NCBI GenBank assembly: GCA_011109175.1
Contig: RDEW01000039.1
Location: 124,001 to 188,000 of the forward strand
Source of the DNA: Dicyema japonicum
Taxonomy: Eukaryota; Animalia; Dicyemida
Direction of reading: 5' to 3'
Length of the DNA stretch: 64,000 bases
Positions within the stretch are counted from its first letter, which is position 1; every line of letters starts with the position of its first letter. The notes beneath the pieces are model-generated. The model did not search any database and was not told the DNA's origin. It saw only the letters and a list, made by a program, of their open reading frames with translations. A program made the position numbers and the translations under genes. Shown here piece by piece: positions 23,942 to 35,703 of this stretch.

Positions 23942-24637
23942 TTAAGGAAAATCATCGAGTCTGTCGAGTGAAATTTCGATAAATTTCTGAATATTTGCCT
24001 GGCCGCAATACTTTTCCACCCAAATTAAAGTGGAAGAAGCCAAAGTAGAAAAATTTTTGTCAGAGACTGCATTGTCAAAGGAGGTAAACATTTCTTCCAT
24101 CATTCTTTTGAACTGAAAGTGAGGATATTTAAATACTATCATCAACTTTTGATCTCCTTCCATTTTAACTTCAGAACAACCTCCCGACATCTTATAGACT
24201 TGCAGAATATCCTCATAATGTCTTCAAATAAGTTGAGATTAAACTTGTGAGCAGCATTCACCGCGTAAATATCTTTTTCTATTTTGTCAATTTCTTCTAT
24301 CAGTGCAGTCTTACGCTCATTTTGAAGTTGTATATGATCAGCAACTTTTTAATGAGTAGAAGGGCAAACCAGATTGTAAAATCTCAGATTTACTCATTCT
24401 AAAAGGATTGGATCCACATTGTCTGTCCCCATGCTGGGCCAACAAGGTTGAGAGCCCCGAGTAGCCACTCTAGATAAATAAATTGATTTATTACTTTAAT
24501 GGCATCACGGCGTCGTTGTTCTGATAAAATGTGGGCAGATTTCTTATTCATTTGTTCAATATTTTTTTCACTATAAGGCTCTAGTGGTAATTAAAGGTGT
24601 AACCAATCTCAGAGGAAGAATCAGAATTTAAACCCAT
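23942..24637 (-). CDS. MLX: Max-like protein X (bHLH-Zip with MLX C-terminal domain)
   Basis: Spliced: AHILSEQRRRDAIK|SGYSGLSTLL, MSKSEILQS|VADHIQ, K|HYEDIL, KLMI|FKRMMEEMFTSFDNAVS..LASSTLIWVEKYC. Collinear with human MLX. Introns of 23, 25, 25, 23 and 24 nt. Confidence 0.88.
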
Positions 24638-25199
24638 TAATTTTTAAAATTGACCTGATTTTATGCGGTTTCTATTTTTTAAATTTTAATTATTTATTAT
24701 TTACTTAAATTAAATTATTATTTTTTTTTAATTTTTATTGTTAATTGATTCAGTGGAGTAGTATCCACTTTCGATTTATGCTCCAAATCAGATACACCTG
24801 ACCTATTTCTGAGAGCCTTTTTTAGTAGTTACTTTTTTGTTATCCACTGGTTTCCTTCACTTAAGGGACCGGGGTAGATAAAAAATGAATTGGTATAATC
24901 TTAACTTCAACGAGAGGCATACATCTCCGCAATTTCAAAAAACCGTAAGAAATTTTGTCTTGGAAATTCATTGCATCTGTTGATACCGAGCGATATCGGA
25001 ATCAAACAACTACTTTCTTTGACTTTTTTGAATTACACACATTTTTGTAAAGATTTTTAAGCTTAGTAAACACAAATTTTAAATGTCATGCAAGTCAATA
25101 ACCGCAGGACGTAAATCTTAAACAAAACCACTCAATTTATAATTCTGAAAGATAAAATAATCACAATAATTTTAGCTACAAACCAATAATAAAAAATAA

Positions 25200-25375
25200 G
25201 AAAATGAATCATTTAAAAAAGACTCACACACAACAAAAAGAATTGAAGAGCATCCTTTGGTTCTCCCTCTACTATTGTTTTAACTGTTTTACTAAAATAA
25301 AGTGTGTGTTCTGCCTGGGAGGAGCGATAGCTAATATTGCTCTTGGTAAAGTGCAGTATTAAGTCCGATATGCCA
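25200..25375 (+). mobile_element. SINE family 1, 3' half
   Basis: aaataaagtgtgtgttctgcctgggaggagcgatagc..gctcttggtaaagtgcagtattaa. Confidence 0.7.
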
Positions 25376-25478
25376 CGATTAACGCCAATTGCACTAATAA
25401 AGTGTAAGCTGTAGGTAATATGGCTCTGCGTAAAGTGCGGTATTATTATATATTAGGTCAATAAAGTCAAAATATTTA

Positions 25479-26400
25479 ATGATTTTTATTTCAATCAATA
25501 AGCTTCCTACACGCCTCGAAGGCACGGGTTTCAGGTCAGCGTTGGAGATCGCCCTTCCAGCATATGTGTTATCGCTCTCAAGCGGAAGCCTTTTGGTCCA
25601 AGATATCCTACGTTTTCCAACCGGACTTTCTTGGGAAAAAGTTTTCGACGAAGCTCGTCGCAATTGGTGTGAAACTGGTTTGAATTCGCCGAACGATCCT
25701 TCGAGGCAACGAGAATGGGATGAGATCTACTCCAAGAATATTTTCGACGTGCTAAAGTCTGTGGCCAACCAGCATCGTCTTGCATGCCTCGTGTCCGCCG
25801 CCAACCATGAGAGCGGAGCATGACTGGAAGCACTCCCTTGTTACTCCCTGTGGACCTATTTGGACGATGACTGTATTCGGATTGGGATCGCACAGCGCCT
25901 GGAAGTTGATGTAAGCGTCGAACACCAATGTCGTTGTAAAGGATCGTCGATGCCAAAGGGCTGCATCCGCTTTCTTGCAAAAGGAGTGCGGGCAGAGCAT
26001 CCTATGAACAACATTGTCATGCGTTCTCTTGAAACTGTAGGCTTCACAACAGTGCTGTAGCCCATGGGATTGGACCGCGGAGACGGGAAAAGACCGGATA
26101 GGTTAACAATCTTTTCGTTCACTGAGGGAAAATCGCTCGTATAGGACTGCACTGTTGAGGATTCCTTCTCGAACTCAATGTTGCTCAGCTCGGCGCAGTC
26201 TGCTGGATCGGCAGCCGATCTGACCGAGAAAATCAAGATAAAAAATATGGTGAAATTCGAGATCGCTTTCGTTTTGTACCGGTGGTAATCGAAACGTCTG
26301 GTGCTGCGGGAAGTATCACAGTCTCTTTCCTGAAGGAAATCGGGGGGGGGGGGGAATTGGCCCATCGTAAGAAAGACGTGCGGGTGATCTTATCTGCAAC
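25479..26400 (+). mobile_element. CRE-clade element 3' region (post-RT, zinc-knuckle region, RLE)
   Basis: IALPAYVLSL, HESGA*LEALP, RIGIAQRL, HQCRC, GLDRGDGKRPD, VIETSG. Contains stops and frameshifts. Confidence 0.85.
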
Positions 26401-26859
26401 ATATGCAGCACACTCATATTCTGGGAAAGTTCTCAAGGTATATGAAAAGGATTTGGTTGACCACTCAAGTAGAGGTGTTTCAAGAGACAAGGACGGATGA
26501 CTCTGGTGGCGGGTTCCTGGATTGTGAATAACTTGTGCAAATAAGAACGGAAGATGGTCATTAACCACGATGAATTTGGGTGTGTCAGAATTGTCTGGAT
26601 AAACTTGCGCTGCTTTCGAGATTTTTTGAGATAATCCATAGAACTTTCATTCTCTTCACCACTGCTGTCACCAAGTTTTCCTTGTTGGTGTGTACAATAA
26701 TAATCCTGTTATTTATGATGATCCTTGACATACTAAGAAACCTGGTGAATGACAATACTAAACTTTATAATATTTAAAATATTATAAATAAAATCTTTAA
26801 TATATTTATTTTTTAAATTGCAATTTTAGTGGCGGAGAAACAGAAAAACGTGGTCAATA

Positions 26860-28546
26860 ATGTTAAAAGCTATTCGGAGACATTTATCAAAGCATATTTT
26901 TTCCGACAGCGAAATAAACATACCAGCCACACAATTTAACTGGGATTACTTCAGCAATAAGGAAAACTTGGAGGAAATAAAAGCGAATATTGATAGCAGA
27001 AAGTCCTCGTGTGATTTCCGCGCTTTTGTATTCTTAAATGTGATTTTAGCGCGAAATGCTAGACACGAATGATTTTGAAAAGGTAAAGTAGAAATCAATT
27101 TTGTAGCTTAAGGAAAATCCCAAATTTATTCGACTGATGAAAAAAATGCCAAATTTCACAGATTCGCGATCGGTTTCGGTTACTTTGACTATTTAAGCCT
27201 ATTGGAGATGAGTCGTGTGCCGAGGAAATCGGTTTTGGTGGAGCAAAGCGAGGTTTATGTGATTTATGTGATTTTTAAAGTAAGAATTCAAATTTCAACC
27301 TCGATCAGCTTCCGTAATATGTGCTTTTCTGGGACAGCTAAGGACCTCGTTTATTTTTCAAATTAACATTTTAGAAATACTGGAGTCATCACTGGTCCTC
27401 GATCATATTACCTATTAAGTCAGTTGGCTGAGCTGGAAGAGGCTATTTGTGAGTATGCTGTTGACTTTGTTCAGAAAAGAGTTGATTGAGATTTTACTCG
27501 TAGGGATTTCAGCTTATCACTGTCCCTGAAATTTTAAATGGTGGAATTATTGTAGACTTTTGTCATTACAGTCTATTAGGAGTGCTGTGGAGTTGTAAAT
27601 GACAGTGATCGATCTTTGGTGTATCATCTTGAGCCAGAGTATTTTGGCCACAATGCACTTTCTGGGACATCTGAGCTCGCCTTGGCTGGGTTAAATCAAA
27701 ATAGTTTATTCTCAGAGGATCAACTGCCGATCAAGTTTATAAAATTGTGAGATTCTAGATTGACTGCTTGTTCTCGCTGTTATAGAGCCGAAGTAAGCAC
27801 TGTTGAGGACGAAAAGGGATATACAGAGTCCATCAGTTCTCAAAGGCAGTTCATTAAACTTCATCGACAGGTAGAAATGTTTGGAATCACGACTCAACAT
27901 CAAAGTAAAGACTTCTTAGAGGAGTTATTGGCTATCCAGCGAGAAATCTTTGAAAGCTTAGGAATTCACTATCGGTTTGTCGTTGGTTGACTCAGAGTTC
28001 TTAATATGCCTTCTGAGGAATTAGGGGCTTCAGCTTACTCTAAATACGACATCGAGGCTTGGATACCTTCGAGTGGTTCATACGGAGAGGTCACACTATT
28101 CTTTATTTTAGGTATCGAGTTGTTCAAATTGTACTGATTATCAGTCCAGACGACTTCTTATTCGCTATAAGGACAGTGAGGGAACCACAAGATTCGCCCA
28201 TACTGTAAGTTTGTGGCTGATGTGTGTTCTAGCTGAATGCGACTGCTGTAGCCTTACCTCGTTTGTTAATTCCATTGATTGAGACCCATCAGACTCCAGT
28301 TAGCTCATATATTTTTTACTTTAGAGATATTCTGTTGATATTCCGTCTGTTCTCCATCCTTATTTGTCTGACGGAACTAAACAGTTGACTGAACAGAGCA
28401 AAATAATTATGCATTTCAATAAGGCTCTCCCAAAGTTGACGATAATTTTTAAATTTTTTTGTTTTTTTATTCCGTTTTCTGTGCATTTCGTTAATGGTTA
28501 TTTTTTTAAATTCTTCAATTCAAGTAGGCACATAGCACTACACTAA
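26860..28546 (+). CDS. SARS2: Mitochondrial-type seryl-tRNA synthetase
   Basis: [42 protein letters not shown]|[28 protein letters not shown]|[18 protein letters not shown]|[11 protein letters not shown]. Introns are 21-28 nt where resolved. One 1-nt frame break at about 27812. The 3' end is approximate. Confidence 0.9.
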
Positions 28547-28779
28547 CGTTGACGCCACGTGGCATAGTTCCCAATAATTGTGATACAAGTATCCAATTTG
28601 AGCAATTATTTGATTTTTCTATCATTAGAAATTACAATTTAACGGTTAACTGGATTACTATTTGGAATTCATTAGATTTGTCTCAAGCTGTTCAGATTCT
28701 TTTGCTACTACAGACTTTAGGTTGTAAAGAGTTTTAAAATTACTCCGCAATATAATCAAGAATGCTATTAACTTTTTTT

Positions 28780-28960
28780 GGTCGCATTCGAGTCCCAATA
28801 GACAATCCGGTTCCGCAGTGATCGGTCACTAATAACACCGTTACTTTTCAAAGCCAGGAAGATGTATGGAACTTCACCAAGAATGGACAGTAGCGAAATT
28901 CAAACCCACTCAATCTTGTCATAGATGGAGAACATGGCTCCCTTAGTAAATTTCTAACAT
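28780..28960 (-). mobile_element. SINE family 1, diverged copy
   Basis: Reverse strand: gggtttgaatttcgctactg..gaagttccatacatct..actgcggaaccggattgtct. Confidence 0.7.
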
Positions 28961-29763
28961 TTTTATTATCATATCTTCCGCCTTATTTTAAAAAGTTAAT
29001 GAATAAACTGAGGAATGAAGGAATTTGGCAAGGATAATATATTTTAATGGCTACAGTTTGAAAATTAACCTAGACGTTAGTTTTTGCATTCCCCTGTCTT
29101 CTTGACAATATAAAAATACTTCCACTTAAAACTGATCAAAAATCAAATTGACTTAAAAATTACAGCAAAACATGATAATCGATTATTACTTTTTATACTA
29201 TGTAGCTATGGAATTATTGATCAGTAAAAGACAAACCAGCCAATTATTTTGAATGAGGCTACAAAACGTCATTTTTTGGTCTGTGGTAATTTTCATTAAT
29301 TCCGCAAGTCAATGTTTTCTTTTTGAATTCTAAAAACAAATCCTGTAGAGAGTGAAAACTGGAAAATATAATAACAGACATTAGCTTAAGGACAGTGAAG
29401 TGTTTTAGAAACGGATAATTAAAAATCACTCAAGTGTGACTAATATACATTAAATATTATCTTTAAAGAAATGACGCAATAAAAGTCTAAATTTATTAAT
29501 TTAAGAGTAAATCGAAAAACACAAGTAGGAAGGGAGAAAAGTAAAACTTAAAAATAAAATTTACTATAAATTATTACTTTGATAGAAAAATTTATAATAA
29601 TTTTAAAATAAAATCTCTTTAAAAAATTAATATTTTAAAATAAAAAATTCAAAAGTTCTCTAAAATATTAAATCATTGAAATATCGAATTATCAAATATT
29701 AATATATTTTATTATCAATTATTTAATTAAAATTTTAATTTAAATTTTTAAATAAAATATTAA

Positions 29764-31230
29764 ATGCAACAAAATGACGTTTGGTTAGAAAAAATATTTT
29801 ATTCCTGTGGAGGGGACGAAAATGACATAGTTGACAAAGATTTTCTTATCACAAAACTTAAGTCAATTAATATTGAGGATGAGAATAAAAGACATGTAAA
29901 ACAATTTGTGGTTTATATTTAAGATTATGAATGAATTTATTAAATCAATAGAAAATTTCGCCATTGAAAAGGTAAAAATTAACTTTTTCGACTTTAAAAC
30001 ATGTTTTTCTTCCATTTCAGTGAATTCTCACGGAAATTCAAAAAACGTAAAAATCATATTAAATCTAGAATTTCCAAAATCGGAATCCCGTCTTGAGGTT
30101 GATTATATTTCTGACTTAAAGATATGACGACAATGATGAATTAGAAGCTGACCAAAGGCAATATTACGCACTCATACTTAGATTTCCGACCGTTGAGCCA
30201 AATCTCGTGTCCGAGGTCATCGTCCATTTCACGTGTAGATTGAGGGCATCAAACATAAGCTTTCGTTGTTCGAAAATTCTCTAGAAAATAAGAATTCTAT
30301 CAATCTGAGGTTGTCTTTTTAATATATATAAGGCTTTCCGTGGTAGAGTCTCAGCTGGAGGAACTCCTGATCTCGGACTCCAGGCAAGAAGTTAGGGGGT
30401 GCCGCGAAACCCCGGAAATCGGCAAATCAATTGACGACATTTATTCAATGTACGGTTACTGCTTATCGGAGATTGAAACAAAAAGACTACGAGTTCTCTC
30501 TCCTGGAAAACAAGATTAAGGAATCAAACGTTGATAAAAACGTGATTTTTTTATTTTTTAATTATTCAGTTGGATAAAGTTTACGGGACATTAAACCACG
30601 TGGCTGAGCATTTCAACTCTCTCAAAGCCGACCACGTCTATCTTTTGGAGAAGTACATGAACCTGGTTTACGAGTTGGAGGCTGAAAAGCGAAAGGTGAT
30701 TGAACTGACTGAGAAACTGAAGAAATCTCAAGAAGCGGCTGAAATGGTGAGTAGCGAGAAGATTAAATGTTTATCGAAAATTTCGGAATTTCTTGGAGTC
30801 AATTCACCGTCTGTCGATAATATCATCAACGGAATCGTTGATTTAAGGGAGGTTTTTCGTTTATCTTGTTTCAAGGAGAGAGAATCACTGCAATGTGAGA
30901 TGACAATAATTCGTCGAGGGAATCTTTAAATTTCATGGACGCTGATGTTAGAAATTTTTTTATTTTGTAGAATTCGCTGCAAGTTGGATCTCTATTGGAG
31001 GAGAAGCATAATTTGATTTTGTACATTGAGAAGCTGGTAGATCGGATAATGCTAAAAAACCCAGAATTGCTCGAAAAACTTGAATAAGATGCCTTTTTCA
31101 ATATTTTATGTTGTTTTAACTTTTAATATTTGTATATTTCTTTATTATATTTATTCAAACTCAGGATCTTGTCTTGGAGTCAAACGATAAGATTTCATGG
31201 TTGTATTTACTGCTAACCGTTTTGACTTTT
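29764..31230 (+). CDS. Hypothetical multi-exon protein: EF-hand-like N-terminus plus coiled coil
   Basis: MQQNDVWLEKIFYSCGGDENDIVDKDFLITKL, then intron gtaaaacaatttgtggtttatatttaag. Coiled-coil ORF 30570..30929. The 3' end is uncertain. Confidence 0.4.
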
Positions 31231-31424
31231 TCATTTTTAGAGTCATGTTAACGAGGACTCTCCAACTCGTGGTACTCTCACAGCTGAGTCTTAACTAAGT
31301 GTTGGTTCATCCGTGAGGATAGGGCAAAGAGTGACTCTTCTTCCAAATCCCACACGTCGTCGGCGAGTCACATGACATTTTCAAACAATTAAAATTATTC
31401 CAAAGACCAAGGGGATAAATTAAG

Positions 31425-31685
31425 TAATTCCTCGTCTCTTCCTATTAGGAAGGCGTCATTTGATCGACCTGTCTAGGTGGCGCCCAGTGCCTGGCTGGCA
31501 CGAAAATGGATCATTTGCGCTCCCCACTCAACTAAAGGGGTTTCCACAACTGCAAGTATGGACGTCTTTTACCCTTTATGTTAATTCCGGATGACTCTGT
31601 TTCTGTAGTAGTGGAAACTGGATACACTTAATTAGTTGTTTACCTTAACTTCCTTCTCGGTGTATCCGGGGTTATTAAATTAATT
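31425..31685 (+). mobile_element. SINE family 2 copy (5'-truncated)
   Basis: High similarity to the reverse complement of 52170-52440. Tail ttctcggtgtatccggggttattaaa. Confidence 0.75.
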
Positions 31686-31689
31686 AACG

Positions 31690-31890
31690 TATCTACGATG
31701 CTTCTGGGTTGAAGTGTGATACCGTCATCAGTGTTTGTCTTCTGCGGAACTGGATTGTCTTCTGGGACTCGCACACAAGAAAATAAAAGAACGAGAAGTC
31801 AAAAACCTTTTCAATGCCTCGGATTGATTAACATGACTGTTCTTGTTTCTTAAATAAAGTGTGAGTTCTAAGGTGAGGTTTAATGGAAAC
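31690..31890 (+). mobile_element. SINE family 1 copy (5'-truncated)
   Basis: atctacgatgc..ccgtcatcagtg..ctgcggaactggattgtct, with the taatggaaac tail variant shared with the 14540 copy. Confidence 0.8.
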
Positions 31891-31899
31891 ATTAATAGG

Positions 31900-32125
31900 C
31901 TGCTGTGTAGTTAGAGGCCCGCAGCCCTAACTGTCTGGTTATTCCCCAAAGATTGCGAGGAAAATCCGTTTGAATAATCAGCATCGTTTGTGATGGTCCC
32001 CTGAGGATGCTGAGATGTTTTTCATAGAAATCATAAGACAAGAGTCTGGAGCCACCGGAAGTTTCAATAGCCAGAGGAACAAATGTTATCTCACCAGAAA
32101 GGTACTTCCTGAGCTTCAATTTACT
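31900..32125 (-). mobile_element. CRE-clade RLE 3' fragment
   Basis: KLRKYLSGEITFVPLAIETSGG. Confidence 0.7.
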
Positions 32126-33929
32126 TATTAACGTCCAGTACCGAGATGGCATTAAAAAGCATCATTTGTTCTCCCCCACTCTATCGGATGAGTTCTCATA
32201 ACTGCAAGGACTGGATGTGCTCCTTTCCGTTGGTTCTGAATGAACTCGTATGTAATATATCCGTTTTCTGGAGTTCATATTTTCGAACAGAAAATCACTC
32301 GAGGTATCTTCTGGATTTCTTATGTAAGGGTACTGATTGGCAGAAAGATTCCTAGTATTTAAGTCGTAAACCTGATATAAATGAGAATTCTCTGTGCAAA
32401 TTGACTCGTCGGTATTTATATGTCACCTTAGGGTAAGTATAGTTATTAACCCAGTTTCCCTAACAAGAAACTTGCGACCATTGGGAAGCATGCCCCTAAG
32501 GCAGATCGCTCCATGGGATCCTACACGTCCAGTGGGCGGGCAAGTAAGAGGATCATCGAAATGAAGGATCTTTTGGAAGTAAAAACTTAGCACTCACATA
32601 ACAGTCGCCATCGAGAGTTTTTTAAGAGGGTCTAATAGGAAAAGTGGGCGGTCCATTTTGTTGCAAATTTTATGATACAAACATACGAGAGGACACAACT
32701 AGAATGTGAACCACAGCGTTATCTCAATTATTACTATCGATGATTGGTGAAGATGATTAACTGCTTACCAATTGGTTAATTGGTAGGAAGGTTGAGGTGG
32801 TAATTTGCGTAAAATTTCTACTTGGTTTCATGACGGATGAAATCATAGAAAGTGTCAAATGCACGTGGGATCTGGGTCCGAAACCTCGTCTAGTCAAAAA
32901 TTGAAAGAATTTGTGGATAATCATCAGAAGCTGCACGGATGATAGTTATGATTCCATGTATTTTTCCTGGAATAATCCCTCTGGGATAAAAATCATTATT
33001 TTCAATTATTCCACAGACAGACGGTAAAGCCAAACTAACTAATTCCGTGATCCTGACGTGTTCCAATAGAGCCCTTATCCAAGTACAGTATCCAGAAGAC
33101 ATTGTCTGGGAAGCTAAGGTCGAACTCAGAACTCGTCGCCAATGTCATTTTGGACTCAAATCCATCAACTTTGTGGTCATGACTGTGGTCTACTTTGTTG
33201 ATCCGTAAACTGTTATTTATAAAAATCATAGCTGTTCTAGAAATTCCCAAAAATACTAGTAATATTACATCGAAAAAAGACAATCTCTTATTTTGACTTT
33301 CCACAAATGTTTCAGCGTCAAAATTTCGTCTTTAACTTTGAAGACTGTTCTCTAACGATGGCCTTCTCCTTTTCAAACCATATCCCTGATATACTCACGA
33401 ATTACTTCGAGACCTCTCTATTTTCCTAGACATCCATCATTTCATTTAGACTCCTACGTAAAGACGTCCTAATCGATATTTTTAAATCACTACGGCTTAA
33501 AAACTGAAGGTTAAAAAGAAAGTTGAGAAAATAAATCCTAACATATTTCCATGAAATTATTGGGAATCTAAAAATTCCTTACTGGGAAAATCTGAAGATT
33601 GGATCTGTGAATTATTTTGAATTTATTGTTTGTAACAATTTTAACCGAAAAAAGAAACACAGACACTACCTGCAGAGAGACGGTTGTAATTCCACTGACG
33701 ACGGCCATTGAAAACCATCTCGTGCATTTTTGGAAGAAGGGTCGTGCAGTGATCGAATTTTTGATTTCGTTAACGACCTGTTTGTCCATTCTCACAAACA
33801 CTCGAATGCGATTGGGGAGATATGGAAATGATCTTGAATGGATAAATCCTAAAACTAATTTTGTGGTAAATGTTTATTATGGTTTTAATTATTTTTAATT
33901 TAATTTATTGAATTAAAAAACCACCGTCA

Positions 33930-34249
33930 TATCCAAAAACAAAATTTCATATGATCCCAGCCTCCCTCAACAGTCTTTTCTCGTGTTCCGATTGCGTTCA
34001 TCCGCATTCTCCTGACATGACGAGTCTCCTTCGGAAAAGTGCACGGATGTGTAGGAAGAGCCGTCCAGGGGGAACTCCTCTGGATGGTCGTTGACAATTG
34101 GTTCTTTTTGGATACACTTTTGACTTGTATCTGACGCCACCAGACAAGGCGAACCACATGAAGCACGCTAATTAAGTGAATTATGAACAGACGAGCATAA
34201 CAGAGACTTCAAACCAATTTGCCACGAAACATTACATGGCGCCACGCGG
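33930..34249 (-). mobile_element. SINE family 2, old full-length-like copy
   Basis: Starts with ccgcgtggcgccatgt, identical to the start of the 52493 copy. The core is diverged. Confidence 0.55.
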
Positions 34250-34254
34250 CGAAA

Positions 34255-34710
34255 TTAATTGTATTCAGTTTTGATTGCTAGAATAAATGAAAATTGTAAG
34301 TTGAGGGACAATTGAAATATCATGTGTCCTGCCTCGAAGACCGTGAGCTCTTCATTGATGTCGCTCATTTTGAATGCTCTTATTATTATTTGCAACATAC
34401 ATAGAATCATATTAACTACCATTTTAAAAATACAGTTCCGACGGGGGATCTCCAAGTTCTTTCTTTCAATTTTTGGTCGGACGAGAGTCGAGGCAGAATC
34501 TAGGTCCATTCGACCCTTTCTTTGTTCAGAACTTGATATTTCGATGTCTTTAGAGTCGTCATCTCCATCCATGATAACGAAATAATAAAGACAAAGGCTT
34601 TCACCCACCATGAAGCAAGGTAGACATTTTGTACAATAGGTCACCACCTCAGTCTTCCAACCAATTAACCACTCGGCTAACTGCCCATAATTCACTAGAT
34701 GGCTCTGCAC
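34255..34710 (-). CDS. Hypothetical ORF (151 aa), possibly part of a gene continuing at 33035-33850
   Basis: Long open frame not matching TE motifs. No family recognised. Confidence 0.3.
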   Translation of the reverse strand: MQSHLVNYGQLAEWLIGWKTEVVTYCTKCLPCFMVGESLCLYYFVIMDGDDDSKDIEISSSEQRKGRMDLDSASTLVRPKIERKNLEIPRRNCIFKMVVNMILCMLQIIIRAFKMSDINEELTVFEAGHMIFQLSLNLQFSFILAIKTEYN

Positions 34711-35231
34711 TCATGAATTATTCAGTGATAACTAATATGATTACTTTGATGCTCTACTTAGTCAGTTTAGCTGTATTTACTAAAATTACATGAAATTATC
34801 CATCCCGTGATCCTGACGATTTACATTAGAACCCTCATCCAGGCACAGTGATCAGATAACATTGACGAGAAGCTGTATGCTGGCCAGCCATTGAGCGGTG
34901 GATCCGATGACGCCACCAGAAGGAAGAAAAAGAAATCTTGAATCAAATAGCCACAAGGTACCACATAATACAGAAAAAATCGTGAATATATTTACTAAAA
35001 TAACCCTCTGTCCATATGGCATCTCCAGGCTCTGCCTCCTATACTCCAGTGTCAGGTTCTCTAGGGTCCGGTTTAATACAGTGAATTTACTAAAATAATA
35101 ATGAGAAAAGAATTTTAGTATTAAATAAAATATTAAATAGTTAAATAGAAGAAAGTCTCCTTTCTATGTTGGCATATGCCAAAAGGACAGAACTAGATCA
35201 AAGGATGACCTAGTTTGCCTAATAAGAGCAT

Positions 35232-35703
35232 TTAATATCCCCTTGAACACAACCTATCGGTTATTGCACGGAATATTTTTCGTGCAATTTCAAGCTGTTT
35301 CGATGTTATAATAAGGCCGACGACAAGCATTGTCTTGGAAGAAGCAATCAAATAAAATTTCCGACCATTAAAGGCAATGAGGATGTTCAAGTCGACCTCT
35401 TTTATGATGTGGGTGCATCCGTTAATTTTAAGGATCTTTTGCTTTACGCTGTCTCCCCGACCAATGTTATCTAGCATTTTCTACACAGAGAATTTTGAAT
35501 TTTGAGATTTATACTTTAATTTCCGTGTGGGGCAATTTAAAATCCGGAGAGGAGGTCGCCAAGAGGGATCCATTATGCCGATACATAGCAGCTGCCGAAA
35601 AATTGGCGTATTTGTTGTTAACCAAATAGTCGATCCAATAATTCCATACAACACTTTTATTGTTACTCAACTGTGCAATTGGTTGGCAGAGAATTGCGTC
35701 CAT
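35232..35703 (-). CDS. PFN: Profilin
   Basis: WNYWIDYLV, SAAAMYRHNGSLLATSSPDFKL, LKINGCTHII, IASSKTMLVVG, AITDRLCSRGY-stop. One 34-nt intron. Start codon uncertain. Confidence 0.75.
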
